The notes beneath the pieces were generated by a model, which saw only the letters and a program-made list of their open reading frames with translations, did no database searches and was not told where the DNA came from. A stretch of 64,000 nt of DNA, taken from Candidatus Parcubacteria bacterium. GTDB taxonomy: Bacteria; Patescibacteriota; Minisyncoccia; Minisyncoccales; JAGLUP01. Numbering within the stretch: position 1 is the first letter of the stretch; each line of letters begins with the position of its first letter. The position numbers were made by a program, and so were the translations under genes. The DNA lies in contig JAGLUP010000004.1 of assembly GCA_023134715.1 (NCBI GenBank), positions 1,301-65,300 of the forward strand, in the 5' to 3' direction. Positions 7,262 through 15,872 of the stretch are shown here, piece after piece.

Positions 7262-9262
7262 CTATAAATCTAATTCCTGAACTTTTTCCCAATCAATTTC
7301 ATTCAGTACGGTGATTTTATTCTCGCCGATAATATATAAATAATCATTAATGTAAATCGCTCTTCTGGCAGAAATCTGGCTTATTGCTTTTTTCAACTGT
7401 AGTTTGTCATTTTCATAGGAAAAAATATAACCTCCTTTACTGCCGGGCAGGAAAAATATATTATGCTTTTTATCCAGTAAAAAAGCGTGATGGGTATTTA
7501 AAATATCAGACCAGTATTCATTTAAAAGATATTTATCGCGCTCAATAGGTTTTTCCGCAAACTCCACATCAAATAAAGAAATCTTTATTTTTGAGCCCTC
7601 CTTGCCTATGCCCAAAATTTTGTCTTTAGACAGAGGATGCAAATAAGCGGAATAGCCAGGAATTTTTAATTCCCCTTTTAGTTCTGGATTTTTTGGGTCA
7701 GACAAATCTAAAACATAGAAAGGGTCAATCTGCCTATATGTAACAACATATCCTTTGTCTTGAATAAATCTAACCGAGTAAATTCTTTCAGTTAAACCCA
7801 TATCTTTCACAGCTCCCTGAATTTTCAAATTTTTATCCAAAACATAAACATCATTAGCGCTCTCTCCCCTGCCCATGAACCAACTGTCTCCAATTGTAAT
7901 CGCAACTCTTAAATTGCCTTTGTATTCATCTAATGCAAACTGATTTAAAAGACGGCCAGGCACTTTTCCTGCGGCCTTAACCTTAAATCCTTCCAGTCCT
8001 ATTTTTATAATACCTGTTTTTTCCAACTCTCGCTTATGTTTTTTATAATAATCATTCATTCTGTTTTCCATTTCATTCTCTATTCTTAAACGCTCATCTC
8101 TGTCTAAAGAAGCCATATATTTTTCCAAAATTATTTGAAATTCAATAAGTTTTGCCTGCTGGCTAATATCATATTCCTCTAACTTATCAAGCTTGGCAAT
8201 AACATAACTCGGAAAAATATCTCGCGCTTCTTCTTTCAAAAAATCAGCAAAAAATTTAATCATACTTTCATAATAAGAATAAGTAGCGTATATTGAATTC
8301 TCTGACATATAAACAATTGAAGAGCCGGAAGACCCGACAAAAGAAATCTTTTTTTCTACTTTTCCGGATTTAGGGTTTAAAATTGTTGCGGTAAAAACAA
8401 CATCTATCGGTACTGGAGAAACTGGATGATAAATATCTACACATTTTATCTCAAGCTCTGCTCCGTTAACTGTCAAAGGTCTTATCGGACAAGGATGATA
8501 AATATTTATCCTGTCCTTGGTGACTAAATATATTTTATTTTTATAAAGCCGCGCGCTGACTAAATGACTATTATCCTCCAGCTCTATATCCCATTTCTTT
8601 TCAGGTGATTTTGAATCAGAAACATCATAACCATAAATATCCTGCCCAGAAAAAATAATCAAATTATTTCCATCTAAAAGTAAATTTCCTGTTTGAGCAA
8701 TGCTGGAATCTATATCTAAGTCAGACGGAGGAAACGCCTTTATTATTTTTGTTTCTCCCTTGACTGAAGGATGCGGCAGCGCTATCATTTCCCTCATTCC
8801 CCATCCATAATAACTTTTTGCTTGAGAAAAATAAATTTCTTTGCCGTCTGTTTTAACAATATCTGGCTCGTCAATTCCCGCAACCTGAACATTGGTATCG
8901 GAAACTCTTCCTATCACTGCCTCACCCGCTCCTTTCCTCAGCTCTCCGGTTTGCTCCAACATCGGAACCGACATATCACTGACAGAACGGACCGCTCCCA
9001 AGCTAAAACCATAACTTGAATCAAGCGCTCCTTCTACTAAATAATCTTTAAATTCCTGCTCTGAAGAAAATGTTTTAATGTCCTCTACCTTTTCAGAGGA
9101 AAGAGGAGCTTGAGATAATGGAATTTGAGGAAAATGAAGCGAAAGATTTTGAGCTAAATCTTCACAAACTAAAAAAATGCCGCAAACGGCAACGAAAAAA
9201 GCAGCTACAGCAACAGCTAATTTCCCGTCAACTTCTTTTTTTAAAAAATTTGTCATATTCAT
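7262..9262 (-). CDS. Secreted beta-propeller domain protein (COG4880-like)
   Basis: It has an N-terminal anchor (LAVAVAAFFVAVCGIFLV). The motif TNVQVAGIDEPDIVKTDGKEIYF and the later YLHPL...GIGKEG...SLFDV are as I remember them for the secreted beta-propeller family. Confidence 0.65.
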   Translation of the reverse strand: MNMTNFLKKEVDGKLAVAVAAFFVAVCGIFLVCEDLAQNLSLHFPQIPLSQAPLSSEKVEDIKTFSSEQEFKDYLVEGALDSSYGFSLGAVRSVSDMSVPMLEQTGELRKGAGEAVIGRVSDTNVQVAGIDEPDIVKTDGKEIYFSQAKSYYGWGMREMIALPHPSVKGETKIIKAFPPSDLDIDSSIAQTGNLLLDGNNLIIFSGQDIYGYDVSDSKSPEKKWDIELEDNSHLVSARLYKNKIYLVTKDRINIYHPCPIRPLTVNGAELEIKCVDIYHPVSPVPIDVVFTATILNPKSGKVEKKISFVGSSGSSIVYMSENSIYATYSYYESMIKFFADFLKEEARDIFPSYVIAKLDKLEEYDISQQAKLIEFQIILEKYMASLDRDERLRIENEMENRMNDYYKKHKRELEKTGIIKIGLEGFKVKAAGKVPGRLLNQFALDEYKGNLRVAITIGDSWFMGRGESANDVYVLDKNLKIQGAVKDMGLTERIYSVRFIQDKGYVVTYRQIDPFYVLDLSDPKNPELKGELKIPGYSAYLHPLSKDKILGIGKEGSKIKISLFDVEFAEKPIERDKYLLNEYWSDILNTHHAFLLDKKHNIFFLPGSKGGYIFSYENDKLQLKKAISQISARRAIYINDYLYIIGENKITVLNEIDWEKVQELDL

Positions 9263-9270
9263 ATATTATA

Positions 9271-9374
9271 GAAAACGCAGAAAACCAATTTTCTAAATCG
9301 TGGGGCCCCGCCTTGGCGGGGTAGGGCGCGGTTAGGGGGAAACGATTTAGGAAATTAGGTTTTCGGAGTTTTCG
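9271..9374. repeat. Structured intergenic repeat, family A, copy 1
   Basis: A ~30-bp inverted-repeat stem (GAAAACGCAGAAAACCAATTTTCTAAATCGT / ACGATTTAGGAAATTAGGTTTTCGGAGTTTTC) flanks GGGGC-[CCCGCCTTGGCGGG]-GTAGGGCGCGGTTAGGGGGA. Confidence 0.85.
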
Positions 9375-9440
9375 TAAGTTTAATTTGCTTTATTAAAGTA
9401 TACCAAACTTCAAAACGCAAAACAACAAGCTATTTAAAAT

Positions 9441-9479
9441 TATCCTATTTCATCCACGGCCGTGGATGAAATAGGATAA
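9441..9479 (-). terminator. Long perfect palindrome downstream of the prs-like gene
   Basis: TTATCCTATTTCATCCACGG/CCGTGGATGAAATAGGATAA, followed by a U-run on the minus strand (ATTTTAAA). Confidence 0.5.
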
Positions 9480-9508
9480 AATAAAAAAGCTTATCTTGAG
9501 ATAAGCCC

Positions 9509-10378
9509 TTATTTATAATCTCTTATTGCCCTTGCGACTAAGCCGGAAATATCTATGTTTGCCCTTGGGTTGTCTACCGTATTTGTCAAATAAAATCCGT
9601 CATATTTCTGAAAGACCTTTTCCGCCCCACTGGGAATAACACCATGTGTTGCCGCCGCCACAACTTTTTTCACGCCTGCCGACCTGCACTCATCGTAAAA
9701 ATCAACCAATGTATTCCCTGTGCCTATCATATCATCAACAACGCCCACTGTTTTATCTGAAACATTCTCTGTAATTTCTTTAATTTCTACATTATGTGAA
9801 TCTTTTCTTTTCTTCTCTGTGCCCTTTAGTCCTGTTCTTTTTTGCGATCCAATGTCAGGCGCTAAAAAAATAATCTCTGGATATTTTGCCAGCGCGCTAT
9901 TTTTCAATAAATCAACCGCAGAAACATTAACTATTGGGTAATTCTTAACCCATTCTCTATGAGAAAAATGCGCGTCAATAATATAAATTTTCTCAACATT
10001 ATAATAATTAACCAATTTCTCTATCAAATTTCGGGCAGTATTTGTTTCCCCTATTTTCCAAACATTATCTTGTCTTGCATAAGGAAAATAAGTAAAAAAT
10101 ACTTCTATCGGGCGAACTGAATCTCTTGAAATTATTTCTAAAAGTATTTCTAATTCTATCAGTCCTTTATCTGGGTTTGGCGCGCCAGAGTGCAAAACAA
10201 CTGTCCTTCCGTTTATTTCATTAATCTTTGAGAGTCTTGTGTAGACTTCGCCATCAGGAAAATACCTGCTTCCCTCTTTATTTTTGTCCGGAAATATAAT
10301 TTTTAAACCTCTTCCATCTTCCAACTTTTTGGCAATATGCTCTGCCGCCGTAGTCGGAATAATATTACATACATTCAT
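9509..10378 (-). CDS. prs: Ribose-phosphate pyrophosphokinase (short, archaeal-like)
   Basis: PRPP-binding loop VGVVDDMIGTGNTL, plus IIDAHF, at 289 aa. Confidence 0.75.
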   Translation of the reverse strand: MNVCNIIPTTAAEHIAKKLEDGRGLKIIFPDKNKEGSRYFPDGEVYTRLSKINEINGRTVVLHSGAPNPDKGLIELEILLEIISRDSVRPIEVFFTYFPYARQDNVWKIGETNTARNLIEKLVNYYNVEKIYIIDAHFSHREWVKNYPIVNVSAVDLLKNSALAKYPEIIFLAPDIGSQKRTGLKGTEKKRKDSHNVEIKEITENVSDKTVGVVDDMIGTGNTLVDFYDECRSAGVKKVVAAATHGVIPSGAEKVFQKYDGFYLTNTVDNPRANIDISGLVARAIRDYK

Positions 10379-10474
10379 TTTATTTACACCTCTTTTATTT
10401 ATTAAAAAATCAATGAACTATACCAATATACTACCAAATCAATTTTAAAAATCAAGCGCAGCTCCGCGCAACAC

Positions 10475-10499
10475 AAAAAAGCCCTGAAAGGGCTTTTTG
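10475..10499. terminator. Intrinsic terminator
   Basis: AAAAAAGCCC-TGAAA-GGGCTTTTT. Confidence 0.7.
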
Positions 10500-10526
10500 T
10501 TTGATTAACTCGAAAATCTTTTTTTC

Positions 10527-10823
10527 TTATCGATCATATCCTCCGCGAGGAGAAAATTCTTTAAAAGGTCTTTTCTGCATTGGCTTGGCTTTATCAACCA
10601 CAATAGCCCTTCCGTCTAACTCTTTTCCATTAAGCGTTTCTATCGCTTTTTGGACTTCGTCTTCTGAAGACATTTCCACAAAGCCAAATCCTTTTGATCT
10701 GCCAGACATCTTGTCTATAATAATGGTTGCAGAACTAACTGTCCCAGCTGCTGAAAAAAACTCTTTAAGAGAATCTTCAGTTGTGTCGTAAGAAAGACTT
10801 CCTACGTAAAGTTTATTTTCCAT
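10527..10823 (-). CDS. RRM-type RNA-binding protein
   Basis: RNP2 LYVGSL, RNP1 KGFGFVEM, and a C-terminal RGG-like tail. Confidence 0.9.
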   Translation of the reverse strand: MENKLYVGSLSYDTTEDSLKEFFSAAGTVSSATIIIDKMSGRSKGFGFVEMSSEDEVQKAIETLNGKELDGRAIVVDKAKPMQKRPFKEFSPRGGYDR

Positions 10824-10831
10824 TTTATTTA

Positions 10832-10891
10832 CCCTGTGAAATTGTTCCGATTTATCGGAACACCTCCGACTTGTCGGAGGATTTCACGGGG
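10832..10891. repeat. Three-hairpin GTGAAAT element, copy 2
   Basis: The outer stem is CCCTGTGAAAT/ATTTCACGGGG. It encloses TGTTCCGATTTATCGGAACA and CCTCCGACTTGTCGGAGG. The element ends 8 nt from the ATG of the RRM gene. Confidence 0.75.
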
Positions 10892-10992
10892 TGAACTTAA
10901 AATTTACTAACGACCTACTCCTAACTTTCTTATTACTAAAACTTAGCCTAAGACTTAGAAAGCACAACATTTCTTGAAAGAAACGTATTTTT

Positions 10993-11021
10993 AATATACA
11001 CCAAAAACCTCAATTTGTCAA
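10993..11021 (-). promoter_or_regulatory. Sigma-70-like promoter of the RRM gene (long 5' UTR)
   Basis: On the minus strand: TTGACA, a 17-nt spacer, then TATATT. This leaves a leader of about 160 nt. Confidence 0.5.
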
Positions 11022-11025
11022 ATCG

Positions 11026-12093
11026 TCAAGCGCCCGCCTTAATTTCAATAACATCGCCGTCTTGGACAATATAGCCCTTGCCAACAGTGTTAATCAGGCC
11101 TTTTTCCTTAGCTTTGACAAAGCCACAAACATTAATAAGTTCCTGTGAATTAATAACATCTGCCTTAATGAAACAATTTTCAAAATCGCTGTGAATCACG
11201 CCGCCCGCTTGAGGAGCTGTTGCTCCCCTCTTTAATGTCCAAGCGCGGGTCTCATCAGGCCCTGTAGTAAAAAATGTTATCAAATCAAGCAGTTCATAAG
11301 ATTCTTTTATTAAAACATCTAACCTTAAATCAATCGGCAAGCCGAGAGAAGCTCTTTCTTCCGGCTTAAATTCCATTGCCTCAAATTCAGCAAGCACATC
11401 AATAAAAACAAAACGCCAATTATTTTTTTCAAAAACCTGTAAAACATTTTCAGAAATATCTTTTTCCTCTCCGTTTAATAAATACAATCTTGGCTTTAGG
11501 GTTAAAAATTGATACTTATTTAAACATCTTTTTTCATCTTTATCCCAGTCCTGCTCGATTAAAAGACGCTCATCTCCTAAAAAACTCTCTGCTCTTTTTA
11601 GCGCTTCCAATTCTTTAATAATTTCCTTGTCTCCTGTTTTGGCGTCTTTTTCTAATGATTGAATTCTTTTTTCTACTGCGTCCAAATCCTTAACAATCAT
11701 TTCCATATCTAAAATTTCTTTATCTCTTAAAATATCAACACTTGATTGAGTATTAATAATTTTTTCATTCTCAAAACAACGCAAAACATAAATAATAGCG
11801 TTCACCTCTCTGATGTTTGCCAGAAATTTATTTCCCAAACCTTCACCCTTGCTCGCGCCCTTTACCAATCCGGCAATATCAACAAACTCCACTATCGTAT
11901 AAACTTTTTTAGCGGAATTAGTTAATTCAACAAGTTCATCCACTCTTTTATCGGGAACCGCGACAACCCCAACATTGGGGTCAATTGTGCAAAAAGGATA
12001 ATTAGAGCGTTCAACCTGTTTTTTAGTAATGGCTTCAAATAAAGTTGACTTTCCCACATTGGGCAAGCCAACAATTCCAATAGATAATGACAT
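11026..12093 (-). CDS. ychF: Redox-regulated ATPase YchF
   Basis: G1 motif GIVGLPNVGKST and a C-terminal RAWTLKRGATAPQAGGVIHSDFE... segment. Confidence 0.9.
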   Translation of the reverse strand: MSLSIGIVGLPNVGKSTLFEAITKKQVERSNYPFCTIDPNVGVVAVPDKRVDELVELTNSAKKVYTIVEFVDIAGLVKGASKGEGLGNKFLANIREVNAIIYVLRCFENEKIINTQSSVDILRDKEILDMEMIVKDLDAVEKRIQSLEKDAKTGDKEIIKELEALKRAESFLGDERLLIEQDWDKDEKRCLNKYQFLTLKPRLYLLNGEEKDISENVLQVFEKNNWRFVFIDVLAEFEAMEFKPEERASLGLPIDLRLDVLIKESYELLDLITFFTTGPDETRAWTLKRGATAPQAGGVIHSDFENCFIKADVINSQELINVCGFVKAKEKGLINTVGKGYIVQDGDVIEIKAGA

Positions 12094-12094
12094 A

Positions 12095-12373
12095 TTATTT
12101 TTTTATAATTTTTATTGCTTTGCCTTGTATTAATGCCTCTGTTATTTTCTTGCGGGCGGAGATTAAAGTTCGCTGAAGAGTGCTTTGAGAAATTTTCATT
12201 TTCTTGGCAGCTTTAATTTGTTTTAAAGCTTTTAAATCACACAATCTAATCGCTTCTAATTCATCTACACTCAAATTCACCTCTTCTAATATGGAAAGCG
12301 GCACAGCTCTCGGCTTAAAATAAGTAATATTTGGGTTAAACAAAACCCTTCTTGGTTTTATTGGCCTTGGCAT
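12095..12373 (-). CDS. DUF134 (UPF0251) putative DNA-binding protein
   Basis: The MPRPIKPRRV... start and a C-terminal HTH-like ISQSTLQRTLISARKKI. Confidence 0.7.
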   Translation of the reverse strand: MPRPIKPRRVLFNPNITYFKPRAVPLSILEEVNLSVDELEAIRLCDLKALKQIKAAKKMKISQSTLQRTLISARKKITEALIQGKAIKIIKK

Positions 12374-13212
12374 ATTTTTAATTCATCGTAAATATCTTTA
12401 ATCTCATTCTTTGCTTTTAGATTTGTTTCCATAATTGGCGTTAAATTGGAAATGGCTTGGAAGATTTTTTTATCATAAGATATTTTGCCTAAAAATTTAC
12501 CTCGGGCCCATTTTTCCATTCTATTGCTAAATTTTGGATTTATATCCCATTTATTGACCACTACGCCATAAGGAATTTTAAAATGATTAACCACTTCTAA
12601 AACCCTTTTTAAATCAGCAAACCCTGAAGGAGTCGGCTCTGTGATTAAAATAGTAAAATCAGCGTCTTTTAATGCCGCGGTTACCGGACATCCTGTGCCA
12701 GGAGCTGAATCAATAATCATAATAATTTTTCCTTTGTCCGCCATAGCTTTAGCGGCGGCGGATGCTTCGCTTTTTATCTCGTCCACAACCTTGCCTGAAC
12801 CTGTTTCTCCTGGAAAAAGCTGGCCAGAAACCAAAGGAAAATTATACCTTGTCCTTTTAATCCTGATTTCTCCATTCTGAACCGGCTTTAATTTAATAGC
12901 TCCTTTCGGACAAATAACCTCGCAAGCGCCGCAACCCTCGCATAAAAACGGATTTAACGCAGGTTTACCCTGAGGCGTCAACCGAAGGGCGCTAAAGCGA
13001 CAATTCTCAACGCATAATCCGCAGCCATCACATTTTTTATAATCAATCTCTGGTTTTGCGGAAGTAATAACCGGAATAATTTTATCCCAGCTTTTTATTC
13101 CTCCCAACCAAAGAGCTAAATTTGGAGCGTCAGCATCGCAATCCACTGCCACTACTTTTCTTTCTTTAGCAAAAAGCATTGCCAGCGCTGAAGTCAACAT
13201 TGACTTTCCCAC
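12358..13212 (-). CDS. MinD/ParA-superfamily P-loop ATPase with 2x[4Fe-4S] ferredoxin insert (COG1149-like)
   Basis: CDGCGLCVENC and CEGCGACEVIC motifs. The P-loop (ASGKGGVGKS) is encoded upstream of the track's GTG start. The frame is open up to 13266 but contains no ATG/GTG/TTG. Confidence 0.8.
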   Translation of the reverse strand: MGKSMLTSALAMLFAKERKVVAVDCDADAPNLALWLGGIKSWDKIIPVITSAKPEIDYKKCDGCGLCVENCRFSALRLTPQGKPALNPFLCEGCGACEVICPKGAIKLKPVQNGEIRIKRTRYNFPLVSGQLFPGETGSGKVVDEIKSEASAAAKAMADKGKIIMIIDSAPGTGCPVTAALKDADFTILITEPTPSGFADLKRVLEVVNHFKIPYGVVVNKWDINPKFSNRMEKWARGKFLGKISYDKKIFQAISNLTPIMETNLKAKNEIKDIYDELKICQGQ

Positions 13213-13270
13213 TCCCCCTTTTCCACTCGCAATTGTAATTTTTTTTATTTCTTTTTTGATGTATATTTAT

Positions 13271-13376
13271 AAAAACGAAGAAAACAAATTTTGAAATCGT
13301 GGGGCATCCCGATAGGTGAAAGCTATCGGGAGGTAGGGCGCGGTTAGGGGGAAACGATTTCAAAATTTAGTTTTCG
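13271..13376. repeat. Structured intergenic repeat, family A, copy 2
   Basis: It has the same arms and the same GTAGGGCGCGGTTAGGGGGAAACGATTT core as copy 1. The apical hairpin is replaced by CCCGATAGGTGAAAGCTATCGGG. Confidence 0.85.
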
Positions 13377-13382
13377 TAGTTT

Positions 13383-14225
13383 TTAAAATTTAAAATTAAG
13401 CAATTTACCTTTTGAATAAGCCCTTACTAATTCTTTAGAATAAGGAATTTCTTTTTTAATTTTTGTTTTAAATTTTTTAGCGATTTTTTCAACTTTTGTT
13501 TTATCTCCTAAGTCTGCCTGATTTAAAATTATTTTAATCGGTGTTTTAAGCTTTTGGCATAAATCCAAAATTAAACTTAAATCCATTGCTCCCATTGGCG
13601 TTGGTTCAGTAATAATATAAGCGAAATCAACATCTAAAAGAGCGTTAATTACAGGGCAATGAGTGCCAGCCGCCGTATCAAACAAAATATAATCTGCTTT
13701 TACTTTTTTAGCAAAATCTAAGGCAAATTTTTTTGTCTGAGCCACAACCGGCCCTGTTTCTTCAAGTCCTGCATTTGCTTGTCCTGTCGCCAACCAAAAA
13801 TTCTTCTCAATAGGATTAACAAAAATCTGGCCAATTTCTTGTTTTTGAGATTTAATAGCTTTATAAGGACAAACAATCCAGCACGCGCCGCAGCCAGAAC
13901 ATAAATCTTTAACAAATATCGGATATTTCCCTGCCTGTTGAAAAATAGCGTTATTTCGACAGGTTCTAGCGCACAGACCGCACTTTCTGCATTTTGATTT
14001 AATTAATTTTGGAAACTCCGCAAAAACCCTTTGCATCGGTTTTCTTAATTTCTGGCCAAGTAATAAATAGTCATTAGGGCATTCCACGTCACAGTCGCAA
14101 AGAATAACTTTCTTGCCTTTTTTTATTAATTTATTAGCAAATAAAACAGCGACCGTGGATTTTCCTACACCACCCTTGCCGCCGGAAATTGCTATCTGTT
14201 TAATTTTCTTTCGCATTATTCTCAA
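13383..14225 (-). CDS. MinD/ParA-superfamily P-loop ATPase with 2x[4Fe-4S] ferredoxin insert (paralogue)
   Basis: SGGKGGVGKST, CRKCGLCARTC and CSGCGACWIVC. Confidence 0.85.
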   Translation of the reverse strand: MRIMRKKIKQIAISGGKGGVGKSTVAVLFANKLIKKGKKVILCDCDVECPNDYLLLGQKLRKPMQRVFAEFPKLIKSKCRKCGLCARTCRNNAIFQQAGKYPIFVKDLCSGCGACWIVCPYKAIKSQKQEIGQIFVNPIEKNFWLATGQANAGLEETGPVVAQTKKFALDFAKKVKADYILFDTAAGTHCPVINALLDVDFAYIITEPTPMGAMDLSLILDLCQKLKTPIKIILNQADLGDKTKVEKIAKKFKTKIKKEIPYSKELVRAYSKGKLLNFKF

Positions 14226-15435
14226 TTAATTTTAATATACCATTAAGATTTTTATCTGGGACTATTCGAACTTTAATACCAAAATTTTCTAAACCCTGTT
14301 TAGCGTTAGGTCCTATCTCGCGTGTAATTACCTTATCGGCGCGAACCGTCTTGGCAAACCTTGCTCCGTGAGGCAAATCCTTGTTAAAGTAAGGATTTTT
14401 TAAGAACTTTTTTAATAAAATTTTGCTCTCTTTCTGGTCAATTATTAAATATTCGCTTGAACCAAATTGAGGAGCAATTTCCTGTTTTTCAATAGGAATA
14501 ATTGTTCTCTCCCCTATTTTTTCAGGACCGATTTTTTCAAAACCTTTTAAATCTCCTATCTTCTTTCCCAATTTAGGCGAAACTATTGTTTTAGCCATAT
14601 TATACGCTTCAATTGAAATAATTATTTGTTTCAGCTCTGGGATATTATTCAGCAATCTATCTTCCAATGTCTCTGTTATTTTCTGAACCTGCTCAACTTT
14701 TAATTTTGGAGGAAGCTTGATTTTAATCTCAGCAAAATTAAAAGAACCAATCATTCTGGTTTTTAATTCGGCAATTTCTATCTGATGAGAAACGCAAATT
14801 TTTCTAATCCTTTGCTCCACATCTTTATTGGCTACATCCAATAATGAATCAGTGATTTCTTTTCCTATTTGCCAGGATTCAAAAAGAATATAACCGCCGA
14901 TAAACAAAGCAATTACAGCATCAGCTAAATTAAAATAAGGCGCTAAAAAAAGCCCGATTAAAACACCTATTGAAGACAAAGCGTCAGCCCTTGAATGTTC
15001 AGCGTCAGCCACTAAAGCCAAGCTCTTAAATTTTCCGCCGTAATAAAATTTTAATCTGGCTAAAATTTCAGTGACCACAATAGAGATAACCACTACAGCG
15101 ATTGCTCCGATGCTGAGTTCAACTGTTCCTTCTCCAAAAATTCTCATAACCGCTTCATATAAAATCCAAATACCAGAAATTGCCAAAAGTATTGCGACCA
15201 AAAAACCAGCTAAACTTTCCGCTTTCCAATATCCATAAGGGTGCTTTTCGTCAATTGGTTTTTTAGCTGTTCTTAATCCTAAAAAAGTAACAAAGGAAGA
15301 AAATACATCCAAGCTTGAATGTATTCCATCGGCAATCAAAGCCACACTGCCGGTTAAAAAACCAAAAAACAGCTTGGCAATGCCCAAGCCAAGATTTACA
15401 AAAACGCTAATAATGGAAACAGATTGAGGAGTCAT
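14200..15435 (-). CDS. Cation diffusion facilitator transporter fused to a C-terminal NifX/NifB-like (FeMo-cofactor-binding-type) domain
   Basis: The CDF core carries LIADGIHSSLDV and HSRADALSS. The last ~110 aa (IIPIE...APQFGSSEYLIIDQ...ITREIGPNAKQGLENFGIKV) resemble the next gene's NifX-like fold. Confidence 0.7.
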   Translation of the reverse strand: MTPQSVSIISVFVNLGLGIAKLFFGFLTGSVALIADGIHSSLDVFSSFVTFLGLRTAKKPIDEKHPYGYWKAESLAGFLVAILLAISGIWILYEAVMRIFGEGTVELSIGAIAVVVISIVVTEILARLKFYYGGKFKSLALVADAEHSRADALSSIGVLIGLFLAPYFNLADAVIALFIGGYILFESWQIGKEITDSLLDVANKDVEQRIRKICVSHQIEIAELKTRMIGSFNFAEIKIKLPPKLKVEQVQKITETLEDRLLNNIPELKQIIISIEAYNMAKTIVSPKLGKKIGDLKGFEKIGPEKIGERTIIPIEKQEIAPQFGSSEYLIIDQKESKILLKKFLKNPYFNKDLPHGARFAKTVRADKVITREIGPNAKQGLENFGIKVRIVPDKNLNGILKLIENNAKEN

Positions 15436-15863
15436 ATTCTTCCTCTGCCAAAACCGCGGCCAGAACCAGGACCACGTCCAGGACCACGCCTGTAAGGCAG
15501 TGTCTCAGCTATTTCCTGAAGCTTTCCTTCTTGATATTCTTTTAAAACATCCTTTACCTTTGCTCCCGGCTTGCCAATAAAAACCTTTATTCCAGAAGCG
15601 CTTAAAACCATAATAGCGTTAGGCCCAATATTTCCGGTAATCACTGCCTTAACTTTTTCATCAGCCACAATCTGGGCAGCTGTTACGCCAGCTCCCCTCA
15701 TTGCTTCTACTCCATGATTCTTAATAGCTTTAATTAATTTTCCTTTGCTGTCAACAAATAAAAAATATACAGCCCTGCCAAAACGCGGGTCTAAAAACGC
15801 GTTTAAATCCCTGCCTTCAGCAGTAATACAAATTTTTGTCTTTTCAGATATTTTCTTCGTCAT
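15432..15863 (-). CDS. NifX/NifB-C-terminal-like (dinitrogenase FeMo-cofactor-binding family) protein with RG-rich tail
   Basis: ICITAEG...LDPRFGRAVYFLFVD...ITGNIGPNAIMVLSASGIKVF; tail RGPGRGPGSGRGFGRGRI. Confidence 0.75.
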   Translation of the reverse strand: MTKKISEKTKICITAEGRDLNAFLDPRFGRAVYFLFVDSKGKLIKAIKNHGVEAMRGAGVTAAQIVADEKVKAVITGNIGPNAIMVLSASGIKVFIGKPGAKVKDVLKEYQEGKLQEIAETLPYRRGPGRGPGSGRGFGRGRI

Positions 15864-15872
15864 AATAAAATT

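Noticed and set aside
13166-13363. A 65-aa minus-strand ORF across the family A repeat.
   Set aside because: It is out of frame with the MinD-like P-loop, is composed mostly of repeat sequence, and has no coding-like features.
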